Source: Parachlamydiales bacterium (GTDB lineage: Bacteria; Chlamydiota; Chlamydiia; Chlamydiales; Parachlamydiaceae). Taken from it: a stretch of DNA of 52,469 nucleotides. The notes below the pieces were generated by a model. That model saw only the letters and a list, made by a program, of their open reading frames with translations. It searched no databases and was not told the DNA's origin. Below, in pieces: positions 1-10,866 of this stretch; positions within the stretch are counted from its first letter, which is position 1, and the number at the start of each line of letters is the position of its first letter. The position numbers were made by a program, and so were the translations under genes. The stretch is from positions 1 to 52,469 of the forward strand of contig JAGVJP010000045.1 in assembly GCA_020051075.1 (NCBI GenBank). The letters run 5' to 3'.

Positions 1-163
1 AGCAGCTTAAACGGTAGGCAAAGCGGTACATGCTGGATGGATTTTTTTTTAATCCCTATTATGCAACAACGCCCTTCCGCACTCCAAACGCTTCGCGCTG
101 AAAAAATGGGTAATGGTAAGGGCGTTGCCCTGGGTATGAATAAGTTAAATATCGCAGCCTGAA

Positions 164-207
164 GAGGCTGTCAATAAATTTAACATGTTAAATTTATTGA
201 CAGCCTC
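164..207. mobile_element. 44-bp perfect palindrome, probable collapsed IS/MITE remnant with 3-bp target duplication
   Basis: GAGGCTGTCAATAAATTTAACA|TGTTAAATTTATTGACAGCCTC, flanked by GAA at 161-163 and 208-210. Confidence 0.6.
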
Positions 208-513
208 GAAAGACTGCAAGACGAAGAGAATCTTAGCTTGATGCGTATGCCTGCCTTTCCTGCGAAGTGATCTTGCCTATCCTGTTCTCCGTGCCCTCTG
301 TGCCTCTGTGTTTCAGAAAGCGTTGACATGGCTTGAATTTTCTAAGTTCGGATTATTGAGCATCCCTCATCTTCATCGAAAGCCTCATGGAGAAGGATTC
401 TGGTTCCATTGGAGCCGCCATCTTGCGATTTTTCTGTATTTTTTTTATTGTTTAATTATTTTTATTTTGTTACCATGTATTATATTAAAAAATAATACAA
501 CTTAGAAGTTTTT

Positions 514-1383
<870 letters not shown>

Positions 1384-1389
1384 TCACAC

Positions 1390-1429
1390 CTCTTTGCGTC
1401 TTTGCGTCTCTTGTACTCCTTTGCGTTAA
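1390..1429. repeat. Single arm of the CTTTGCG-type intergenic repeat family
   Basis: CTCTTTGCGTCTTTGCGTCTCTTGTACTCCTTTGCGTTAA is near-identical to 10363-10401; a shorter reverse-strand relative lies at ~6491-6515. Confidence 0.75.
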
Positions 1430-1568
1430 TAAAGGGGGAGACGTGAATGGTGAAGATATCGGAATGGATGTGAAATAATATTTTGTCAAAAAAGATCTTT
1501 CTGCTAATTTCACGGCATAACATGGAACTCAGTTGTCATAACTGAACCAAAGTCAATTTGGCTAAAAC

Positions 1569-4500
1569 ATGTTTGGAGCGGGGATGCGTTCAGATTACCA
1601 ACAGATTCTATTGATCATTGCCGGGATTGTCGTTTCAGCGCTTCTTGGCGTCTTCTTCTATCGTGAAATTTTCCCGGAATATAAAATCTACCAAGAAGAT
1701 TATCTTGCTCTAGAAGAATTTCGTTCAAGTTACACACATCAGTCGATCCCTCCATTTAAGGTAGAGGTGAAGCAGATTGTCATCGAAGATGAACGCAATG
1801 GACCTCCAGTCATTGATCGATGCACCTCCTGTCATGTGGCATTAGAAATTCCTTATTTTTCTCCGACCAAAATCGCTAAAGATTTAAATGGCAATGTTGT
1901 TCTCGATTCCGAAGGACACCCTCTTAAAATCCCTAACGAAGAGTATATCTGGAAAAAACTGGACGAAAAAATTGCCGAGTTGCGCGACGATAAAGTGATT
2001 ACACAACTCCGTGAAAATAATGAGTCAGCCGAAGTGAGCCGCCGTCAAGCTTTAGCAGACAAATACACCGCATTGAAGACAGCGCAGGTGGGTGACTCTG
2101 TCTATGATGTGACTAAAGTTCTCATGATGCATCCGTTGATGGGAAATGAAACAAGGCCTTTTGAATTCCATCCTGTTGAAGAGTATGGCTGCACGAGCTG
2201 CCATAATGGGAATGGGAGAGGTTTAGTGACAGACAAGGCTCATGGGCCTGTTTTCGACGACCAATATGACATTGAATATCTTGGCCCAGAACCTCATTTC
2301 ACCGAAATAGACCAGGCAAATGATCCTCGATTTTCAAAGGTCTTTAATCATAAGCCAGGCCATGAGTTGCTATTCCAGACAACCCCTCTCTTTGTCGGAG
2401 CTCTCATACAAGCTAAATGCATGGAATGCCATCAAACCGCCGGTTCTGAATTGCTTCAAGCAGCGAGTACTGCATCAGATTTATCCCAGCAGCGCCAAGC
2501 TCAAGTTGAGAAACTGACCACCGCCTATCAACAAGAGAAAGAGGCTGTCCTCAACTTATTAGCGTTGCTTGATAGCATCAGACGGTTAGGGTTGCAAAAA
2601 GCCATGGAAGCACTGCAGGAAAAATCTTTAGTTTATATATTGCCTGCGCAGGAGCTTGAACATATCGCTGCGCAGTTGCAATATCTCACTAAAGCCAAAA
2701 AAGGGCAGCCTTTTGGAAATGCTGCGCAGAACAATGTTTTAAACAGTATTGAGAATGACTTGACAGCTTTGATTGGTTCTTCTTCTCTTGTAGAAATTCT
2801 TGAAGGACTCTATAAGCAACAAGGTCTTTCGGCTTTAGAATCTTTTTTAAAGCAATATCAGGGCGATCCGCAGGCAAGGGGAAGCTTATTTGTCAAAGGC
2901 GAGAGGCTGGACTTAAATCAAGATCTCCTGGCCCATGCCATGGAGGCTGAGAAGTCATTGACTGTCACAACAGGGGATCAGAAGGTGATTTCGGCCCTAA
3001 GTTCAGATGTCGATGAACTCACGCGCAACTATCAGAGGGGAAAAGAATTATTCTTGTCTCAGGCTTGTTATGCCTGCCATCGGATTTCTGGCTTGGCTCG
3101 CGGAGGGGTCGGTCCGGAGCTCACTCGTATTGGTCAAAGCTATCCGTGGTATATCAAAGAATCGGTTGTTTGGCCTCAAGCTGATTTGAAGACGTCAACG
3201 ATGCCCAATATGCGGATGGATCATCATGAGTTAGAAGACTTGATGGCATTCCTCCTGGCACAGAAAGGGGGTAACCGTGCGACATCACAAACGGCCTACA
3301 AAACAGCTCTTCAAGGATGGGAAGCTGGCAAGAAAATGCCTTGGGAAAAGCCAATTTCTCCAGCACAGATTTATGACCTCCGCCACTCCATGACCATATT
3401 TGCAACCGAAGGATGTGCCAGCTGCCATCGCTTGCAAGGTTTCGATTCTAATGTCGGCTTCGCTGTTGAGAAGCAGGAACATTCCTTCGATCAGCTTTAT
3501 CAGGAGCAAACATGGTTTAGAAAGCTGTTTCCTGAAGTGATACACTATGTCGATTACGACCAAGAGCTTCCTGGATCTGAAATCGTTGCAAAAATTGAAC
3601 AGCATGCTGATGAAATTGATCGGCGCATTGCCTCCGATGTGCGAAAGAATGGTATCCTGGAAGAGATTGACAGCAAGTTTTCCGAGGCGATAGAGGCGCT
3701 ATATTCGCCTTTTAGATACGCTTCACGCGCAAAAAATAATTATTACACCACTCTCATTAGCCAAGAGAACGATCCTCTAAAGATTGCTCAACTCAAAGAA
3801 GAACATCAAGCATGGAAAGACCGAGTCCATCGCTTGCTCATGGTTTATATCCAAACCTATGGGTTGGGCCGCCTCATCGGCCCGCATCTCAACTGGACGG
3901 GGATCTACCGCTCTGACGAATGGCTGATGGAACATTTTCATAATCCTTCTGGTCATGTCCCCCGCTCGATTATGCCTGCTTTTCCTTTTGACGATTCAAA
4001 ATTTTATGCATTGACGTATATGTTAGATCAATTAAGCGTGCGTAACCGCAATGCGATCCGCCAGATATGGGATCACCAAGGCTTTGATGCGAAACAAGCT
4101 TATGAGATGTTGTGCGCGCAGTGCCACGGTATCGATATGTTCGGCAATGGCGCGATTGCTGAATGGCTTTACCCCATTCCTAAAAACCTTCGCAATGCCG
4201 AATTCCTCCGCAATCTCACTAAAGATAGGGTGGTTTTCTCGATCATCCATGGAGTGAAAGGCACTCCTATGCCTCCTTGGGGTGAATTTGCTGAGGGGAA
4301 AATCTCGGAAATTAAAGCGATCTCACACGGGACCCCAGTGCTGAAAGAAGAAGAAGTTCACTTCTTGGTCGACTGGCTTTATTCTGATTTGCCTGGAGGA
4401 GAGGTGATCAAAGGGGCCGAGGTGCTCAAATGGAAATATACCCCTGAAGATGTGATCGAAGAGCTGGAAAGAGAGGGGAGTCAACTCAAACCATTGCCAG

Positions 4501-5696
4501 AAAAATCTCGGCCAAAGAAGGCTGGAGCTGAACCGGATCTTTCGGTCTTATTGTCAGCGGACAATCAATATTACGCTTCACTTCATCCGATCATCTACCC
4601 CCAGAAGCCTGTAGATGAGAAAGTCGATGAGAAAATTTCAGACATCTTTGATGTTCTCCCAAATCCCACTGACACCCATGAAAAAAGTTATTACATTAAG
4701 AAAAGATATTACACTCCACAAAATATTGAAGCAGGAAAAGCCTTTTTCTTAGTTAACTGCGCGATCTGCCATGGCAATGAAGGGGAGGGGAGCGGCAAGC
4801 GAAGCGAGGTGATGGCGGGGGCCAAGCCGCGGATGTTGACCAACCTCGATTGGGTTCAGTCCAGAGATGACCTCAGGTTGCTGCGTTCGATCAAATACGG
4901 CGTTCCTGGAACAGCCATGACGCCATGGGGGGATTTTACCGGTTCTTTGCAGCGTCTGCAGCTGGTGATTTTTATTCGTTCCTTGTCAGAAGAGCATGAA
5001 CGGCGCGAAAAGCTCTCACAGGCTTTATACCAAGCTTATGATGTGCCGCTAGTGATAATAGAGTCAGCTCGAGTGGAAAGGAGTATAGAACTTCAGAAAC
5101 TGAAGGCTGAATTGAGGCAATCGCAAGCCAAAGAAGAGAGCCTGGTTAACTCTGCGATGAGCAGCGACCAGTCGCGGCAAGAATTCCTTCAAGTGCATGA
5201 GCAAAAGCTTTCCTTGATGAAGGAGATACAACAACTCGAAGGGGATGATGAAGAATACCTCCTGTTAAAGAAAGAGATCAGGAAAGAGCGGGAGATCTAT
5301 TTTAATCTTGGAGCCGCTCTAATCAATAAACAGGTGGAAAGCCAGCTGTTAGATGACTTCATCGAGATGATCAAGTTGAACGATCAGCGCTATGCCATCG
5401 AAAAGCAACAGCTGATCTTTCATCAGACAGATGCTGTTGATGGTAAAATTGTTGCTGTCAGACAACAAATTGTACAGGTTCTGGATCAGCAAATGGCTGA
5501 GCTGCGGAGCGCACGCCAGATTCTCGAGGGGAAGATAGCGACAGAAAGACGGCGAGAGGAGCTTGCAAACAATCAAATTGAAATCGATAGCCTGATCAAA
5601 CTTAAGGCTAAGCTGCTCACAGAGACGCAAGAAGCCTTAAGACTGGTTCAGGAACAGAAGGAAATTGTCGCCAAAATCAAATCAGGGTCAAGATGA
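1569..5696 (+). CDS. Large membrane-anchored multiheme c-type cytochrome (7 CxxCH)
   Basis: 1375 aa; N-terminal TM helix; CTSCH x2, CMECH, CYACH, CASCH, CAQCH, CAICH; class I cytochrome distal-Met motifs (STMPNM, SIMPAF, TPMPPW, TAMTPW); C-terminal coiled coil. Confidence 0.9.
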   Translation: MFGAGMRSDYQQILLIIAGIVVSALLGVFFYREIFPEYKIYQEDYLALEEFRSSYTHQSIPPFKVEVKQIVIEDERNGPPVIDRCTSCHVALEIPYFSPTKIAKDLNGNVVLDSEGHPLKIPNEEYIWKKLDEKIAELRDDKVITQLRENNESAEVSRRQALADKYTALKTAQVGDSVYDVTKVLMMHPLMGNETRPFEFHPVEEYGCTSCHNGNGRGLVTDKAHGPVFDDQYDIEYLGPEPHFTEIDQANDPRFSKVFNHKPGHELLFQTTPLFVGALIQAKCMECHQTAGSELLQAASTASDLSQQRQAQVEKLTTAYQQEKEAVLNLLALLDSIRRLGLQKAMEALQEKSLVYILPAQELEHIAAQLQYLTKAKKGQPFGNAAQNNVLNSIENDLTALIGSSSLVEILEGLYKQQGLSALESFLKQYQGDPQARGSLFVKGERLDLNQDLLAHAMEAEKSLTVTTGDQKVISALSSDVDELTRNYQRGKELFLSQACYACHRISGLARGGVGPELTRIGQSYPWYIKESVVWPQADLKTSTMPNMRMDHHELEDLMAFLLAQKGGNRATSQTAYKTALQGWEAGKKMPWEKPISPAQIYDLRHSMTIFATEGCASCHRLQGFDSNVGFAVEKQEHSFDQLYQEQTWFRKLFPEVIHYVDYDQELPGSEIVAKIEQHADEIDRRIASDVRKNGILEEIDSKFSEAIEALYSPFRYASRAKNNYYTTLISQENDPLKIAQLKEEHQAWKDRVHRLLMVYIQTYGLGRLIGPHLNWTGIYRSDEWLMEHFHNPSGHVPRSIMPAFPFDDSKFYALTYMLDQLSVRNRNAIRQIWDHQGFDAKQAYEMLCAQCHGIDMFGNGAIAEWLYPIPKNLRNAEFLRNLTKDRVVFSIIHGVKGTPMPPWGEFAEGKISEIKAISHGTPVLKEEEVHFLVDWLYSDLPGGEVIKGAEVLKWKYTPEDVIEELEREGSQLKPLPEKSRPKKAGAEPDLSVLLSADNQYYASLHPIIYPQKPVDEKVDEKISDIFDVLPNPTDTHEKSYYIKKRYYTPQNIEAGKAFFLVNCAICHGNEGEGSGKRSEVMAGAKPRMLTNLDWVQSRDDLRLLRSIKYGVPGTAMTPWGDFTGSLQRLQLVIFIRSLSEEHERREKLSQALYQAYDVPLVIIESARVERSIELQKLKAELRQSQAKEESLVNSAMSSDQSRQEFLQVHEQKLSLMKEIQQLEGDDEEYLLLKKEIRKEREIYFNLGAALINKQVESQLLDDFIEMIKLNDQRYAIEKQQLIFHQTDAVDGKIVAVRQQIVQVLDQQMAELRSARQILEGKIATERRREELANNQIEIDSLIKLKAKLLTETQEALRLVQEQKEIVAKIKSGSR

Positions 5697-5880
5697 ACAG
5701 GATCGGCAACACACATCACTTTCCAGAATACAATTAACAGGATAAGGAGGATGGGAAGGATAGGAAAAGATAATAAAATGGGAAATAAGTACCTTCTTGG
5801 ATAATAAAAGAAATAGACGATCATCCTCTATTTTTTTTATTCTTCCTATCCTGTTTTTTATCTTGCGTATCTTGTTTTCA
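5694..5880. repeat. Degenerate copy of the ACAGGAT-type palindromic intergenic repeat
   Basis: AACAGGATAAGGAGGATGGGAAGGATAGG faces CCTATCCTGTTTTTTATCTTGCGTATCTTGTTT; lies between convergent stop codons. Confidence 0.6.
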
Positions 5881-6354
5881 CTCGAGGTTGTGAGGACCAA
5901 ACGCATTGGGCAGCAAAACATCAAGAGTGGTTTCTCCTGTGATTGTCCCTTTGCTGTTAATCGTGATCACCTGCATGTGCGGTCCGAATTCATTCAAGAC
6001 TTGGCGGCAGGCTCCACAGGGGGTGCCGCCATCGCGGGTGGCAACAACAACAGCGATGAAGGAACGAACCCCTTCAGAAGCTGCCTTGAATACTGCAGTC
6101 CGTTCAGCACAATTGGTTAGGCCGTAAGAGGCATTTTCCACATTGCACCCTTTATAGATCGTGCCGCTTTCAGTCAAAAGGGCGGCGCCTACAGGATAGT
6201 TTGAATAAGGACAATACGCTTGATTTTGGGCTTCAAGAGCAGAAAGAATAAGAGCTTGTTTTTGATCAGATGAGATCATGCTTGCTCCATAGGTTAACGA
6301 AGTTGCAGAAACTAATGTAGATGTAAACAGGGCACATAAAACAGACATTCTCAT
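5878..6354 (-). CDS. cdd: Cytidine deaminase (homotetrameric type) with signal-peptide-like N-terminal extension
   Basis: AYCPYSNYPVGAA, GCNVENASYGLTNCAER, PCGACRQVLNEF motifs; GGAGG Shine-Dalgarno (SD) 6 nt before ATG at 6354. Confidence 0.92.
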   Translation of the reverse strand: MRMSVLCALFTSTLVSATSLTYGASMISSDQKQALILSALEAQNQAYCPYSNYPVGAALLTESGTIYKGCNVENASYGLTNCAERTAVFKAASEGVRSFIAVVVATRDGGTPCGACRQVLNEFGPHMQVITINSKGTITGETTLDVLLPNAFGPHNLE

Positions 6355-6639
6355 ATGAACCTCCATGCGTGTATTGGCAAGAAGGATGCATTAAAAGAAG
6401 ATTAGTTTTCAAGGATTTCGAATGATGTTGCTGAAATCTGGCATTAGACGGTCAACATCTCTGCGTTAATGATGCGCGCCAGCTCCTTTTTTTAACGCAA
6501 AGAAGGCGCAAAGAGGAGAATATATAGCCGTGGGAGGGATATGGGAGATGTTTTTTTTCGTTAAAAAAAGATAGGGATAATTCAGGATCATACGTATGTT
6601 TGTTACTTGTTGATATGAAAGACGACGTCGATTGGGGCT

Positions 6640-6686
6640 CCAAACGCTTCGCCAAGCACAAAGACTGCTAGCGCGAAGCGTTTGGA
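6640..6686. repeat. REP-like hairpin
   Basis: TCCAAACGCTTCGC...GCGAAGCGTTTGGA arms; the same TCCAAACGCTTCGC arm occurs at 83-96. Confidence 0.6.
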
Positions 6687-6746
6687 TTGCGAAAGACCTC
6701 TTTCGCTTTCTTGTGGAGAGTTTATCCTATCTCAGTTCTTAAAGGA

Positions 6747-7907
6747 TTAGAACTTTGTTTGGAATTCTCTTGTTTGCTCGACATTGAGTATGAGTTCAGT
6801 TGTTCCCGCTCCTTCTGGCGATGCGCTCTGAAACATTCCATAAACATTACGCAATTCGTGTTCAGCAATAGTTCGATGGTGTTTGCTGATGTAGGTCAAA
6901 ACGAGGTAAGGGTTGCCTATTTCATTGCGTTCAATTTTAGAAGATTTAAAACTTAGTCTGTTTATTCTTCCTGCATTTTCTACTGCCTGTTCCAGTGTCG
7001 AAGAACCTTGAATAGTTGTTGGCAATCGTGCCGCTGCTCTTGTGGGCATTTGAAAATCGGATCTGAGCTGATATGAGCTGTCTCCCATGTGGTGTGGAAG
7101 AGAGGGATATTTCTCCATTTCAGAAAGGCGCAGTGCCGCAGCTAACGCTTCTTCTTCTTGCTGTCTTTGTTGCTCTTGGAGGCTTTCTGCTGCAGTTTGC
7201 TCTTGTAATGATAAAAGCTCAGCTTGGCGTAATTGTTCTTCTTCTGAGGCCGCGAGTGGATCGATGGGCAATCGTGGCACCGAAGATGGAACACTCGGAG
7301 TTAACCGAGAAGGCTGAAATTGAGAAGTCGTCGGATATGTTGGCTGAGCACTTGGATATGTTGGCTCACCATAGGTTGGTTGAGTACTTGGATATGATGG
7401 TTGGCCATATGTTGGCTGAGCACTCGGATATTGATAATATGTTGGCTGAGCACTTGGATATGGTTGAGGCGCAGATGGCTGAATAGTCGGAATTTGCTGA
7501 GAGTGATATAATCGCGAAAGCCCTGCGAACCGTGCTAGTTCTGCTTCCTGCCGCTGCGATTGCTGATAGTCAAATTCAGAGACCAACTCAGCTAGGCGTA
7601 TTTCTTCATCTTCTGATAGCGTTGGTGTGGGGGCTGTGGTTGGAGTGGTCTGAGGGCTGACTCTTTGAGTGTGATAATGGCGTGCCATTGCATCACGCTG
7701 TGCTTGTTCTGATGCGCGCATCTGGCGTTCTGTTTCTAATCGAGAAGCCTCTATGGCAGCAGCCATCTCTGGATATTCATGTTCTGTTGATGTGCTCGCT
7801 CCATAACCATCAGGACGAGTTGTCTCTGATACCGAAGCCGCTAGAGCTGCTGCTAATTCTAAATCTTCTTTTGAGATTCTACTTGGACCAAAACCTGTTG
7901 GATACAT
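6747..7907 (-). CDS. Hypothetical effector-like protein with multiple UIM-like helices, a PSAP motif and YPS(A/T)QPTY repeats
   Basis: 386 aa; EDLELAAALAASVSE, EDEEIRLAELVSE, EEEQLRQAELLSLQE, EEEALAAALRLSEME; SD GAGG before ATG. Confidence 0.75.
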   Translation of the reverse strand: MYPTGFGPSRISKEDLELAAALAASVSETTRPDGYGASTSTEHEYPEMAAAIEASRLETERQMRASEQAQRDAMARHYHTQRVSPQTTPTTAPTPTLSEDEEIRLAELVSEFDYQQSQRQEAELARFAGLSRLYHSQQIPTIQPSAPQPYPSAQPTYYQYPSAQPTYGQPSYPSTQPTYGEPTYPSAQPTYPTTSQFQPSRLTPSVPSSVPRLPIDPLAASEEEQLRQAELLSLQEQTAAESLQEQQRQQEEEALAAALRLSEMEKYPSLPHHMGDSSYQLRSDFQMPTRAAARLPTTIQGSSTLEQAVENAGRINRLSFKSSKIERNEIGNPYLVLTYISKHHRTIAEHELRNVYGMFQSASPEGAGTTELILNVEQTREFQTKF

Positions 7908-8060
7908 GATTTTACCTCTTATTAAATTGTTTAGTTAAATTACTTGCTTATTGTATTACAATTAAATAATTTTAATGTGAATAAATCGTAAAGAAGATGT
8001 TAAGTGCAATAACTATGAAGCGCTTACGGGTAGGGCTTAATGTTTTGGAGAAGACTTTTT

Positions 8061-9268
<1,208 letters not shown>

Positions 9269-9326
9269 TAAATCGCAAAATAATCGGTTACAGCTTTTAC
9301 CTCAAGAATTATATACTCACATCGTG

Positions 9327-10220
9327 CTAACCTGAGCATTCTTCAGGGAACATCCATTTTTTTAATTCGGGGACGAAGCGAAGGATTGTAGTGTCTTCAC
9401 AGACATTAATTTCTTCCTTAGCATGTAGAAGATCATCTACGGGAAAATTCCAGAAGACTCTGAGAGGGTATTTACGATTCCAGAAGAAATCTTCATCTCT
9501 AACCCAATAATGGTTAATCCTTATCTTATCTACTTGAACATAAGGACTAAATGGACCGCTAAATTCTACCCGGTCGGTATTATTTTGTTGGTATCCAGAA
9601 CAATATTGTGCGTGATGAGGGTTTCCCATAGATATGACATAGAGAGGTTGAACAATCGACTTTATGTGGATATTTGAACGGTAATCTTTTGGAGCACACC
9701 GAGTCAGTTTTTCTATCATCAACTCATCAGGCTGCACCTTTTCGCAATTCGATGTTCCAAACATTTGCCAATTCACGCCAATCCCTGCACAATCGCGATA
9801 TTCTTCTAGTAGCTCAAGCAAAGAATCCGTTTGTACAGGAACAAGAAATTCATCTGAATCTATTATTGCTAACCAACGGCTTCTCCCTCTAGCTTTCTCA
9901 ATGGATCTGTTATAAAAAGGCATCTGGTTGTTCCAGACAAAATCTCCCTCATTTTGCATGACATCCGGATTGTTGTAGATATCTTCAACTTCAACAATGC
10001 CTATTTCTATATAGGGAGCAAGGACTTCCCGGAAGTTGTCTTGACTATTGTGATTACAGAGATAGAAATGCTGGACCCCAACGAGGATGTGATACTCGAT
10101 CCATTCTTTCAAATAGTTGGCTTCATTTCGAAAGATCATGCAAGCCGACAATTCATGTTCGAACTCCGCACTCAGGGAGGAACACGTCAAAAGCATAAAG
10201 ATGATGAATTTCTTGAACAT
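9327..10220 (-). CDS. Glycosyltransferase, GT92/GT2-like, with signal peptide
   Basis: FRNEANYLKEWIEYH...GVQHFYL, WLAIIDSDEFL (DxD), KSIVQP, RINHYW. Confidence 0.85.
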   Translation of the reverse strand: MFKKFIIFMLLTCSSLSAEFEHELSACMIFRNEANYLKEWIEYHILVGVQHFYLCNHNSQDNFREVLAPYIEIGIVEVEDIYNNPDVMQNEGDFVWNNQMPFYNRSIEKARGRSRWLAIIDSDEFLVPVQTDSLLELLEEYRDCAGIGVNWQMFGTSNCEKVQPDELMIEKLTRCAPKDYRSNIHIKSIVQPLYVISMGNPHHAQYCSGYQQNNTDRVEFSGPFSPYVQVDKIRINHYWVRDEDFFWNRKYPLRVFWNFPVDDLLHAKEEINVCEDTTILRFVPELKKWMFPEECSG

Positions 10221-10245
10221 GTGCGTCTTCTCCGTTTTCGATCCC

Positions 10246-10407
10246 CCTTTTTAAACGCAAAGGAGCACAAGAGGCGCAAAGTCTCAAAGAAGTGATGATG
10301 AAATCAACGATGTTTCTTTTTTTAAAATCTTTTAAAAAACTCTCCACCCCAATTTCTCACTGCTCTTTGCGTCTTTGCGCCTCTTGTGCTCCTTGCGTTA
10401 AAAAAGG
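10246..10407. repeat. Inverted pair of CTTTGCG-type repeat arms downstream of rplQ (may act as terminator)
   Basis: AACGCAAAGGAGCACAAGAGGCGCAAAGTCTCAAAGA vs TCTTTGCGTCTTTGCGCCTCTTGTGCTCCTTGCGTT. Confidence 0.8.
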
Positions 10408-10423
10408 AGAGATGTGCAGGTTC

Positions 10424-10852
10424 TTAGCTTGCTAAATATTCAATCAGGCAATACTGGGCGTTATCACCAATACGGTGTCCCAATTTAGTGATTCGGGTAT
10501 ATCCCCCTTGCCGGTCGGCAAAGCGGGGGGCCAGTTCATCAAAGAGCTTGCCAATGACAAATCGATCGTCATTGTAAGAAGAGGTGTTTCCTTCTTTGGC
10601 TTCTCTATTCTGCTTTGAACTTAGCTTATTGAAACGAACCATTAAGTTGGCAATCGCTTGGCGACGGGCTGCTAAGGTGTTCTTTTTGGCAAGCGTAATC
10701 ATCCGGTCTGCATAGCGGCGCAAAGCTTTGGCTTTTGGCACAGTCGTTTTTATCTTCCCTTCAGTGATTAACGACTTTAACATGTTAGCAAACATACATC
10801 TACGATGGGATGTCGTTCGACCGAGCTTACAAGTTTGATTAAGGTGTCTCAT
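10424..10852 (-). CDS. rplQ: 50S ribosomal protein L17
   Basis: MRH...[26 protein letters not shown]. Confidence 0.98.
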   Translation of the reverse strand: MRHLNQTCKLGRTTSHRRCMFANMLKSLITEGKIKTTVPKAKALRRYADRMITLAKKNTLAARRQAIANLMVRFNKLSSKQNREAKEGNTSSYNDDRFVIGKLFDELAPRFADRQGGYTRITKLGHRIGDNAQYCLIEYLAS

Positions 10853-10866
10853 AACTGTCTAACCTA

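Noticed and set aside
308..505. 65-aa hydrophobic ORF
   Set aside because: Hydrophobicity comes from a T-rich promoter-like region, and the start lies in a repeat fragment.
7073..7486. Plus-strand ORF with MLAEHLD repeats
   Set aside because: Antisense reading of the YPSAQPTY repeats of the UIM protein.
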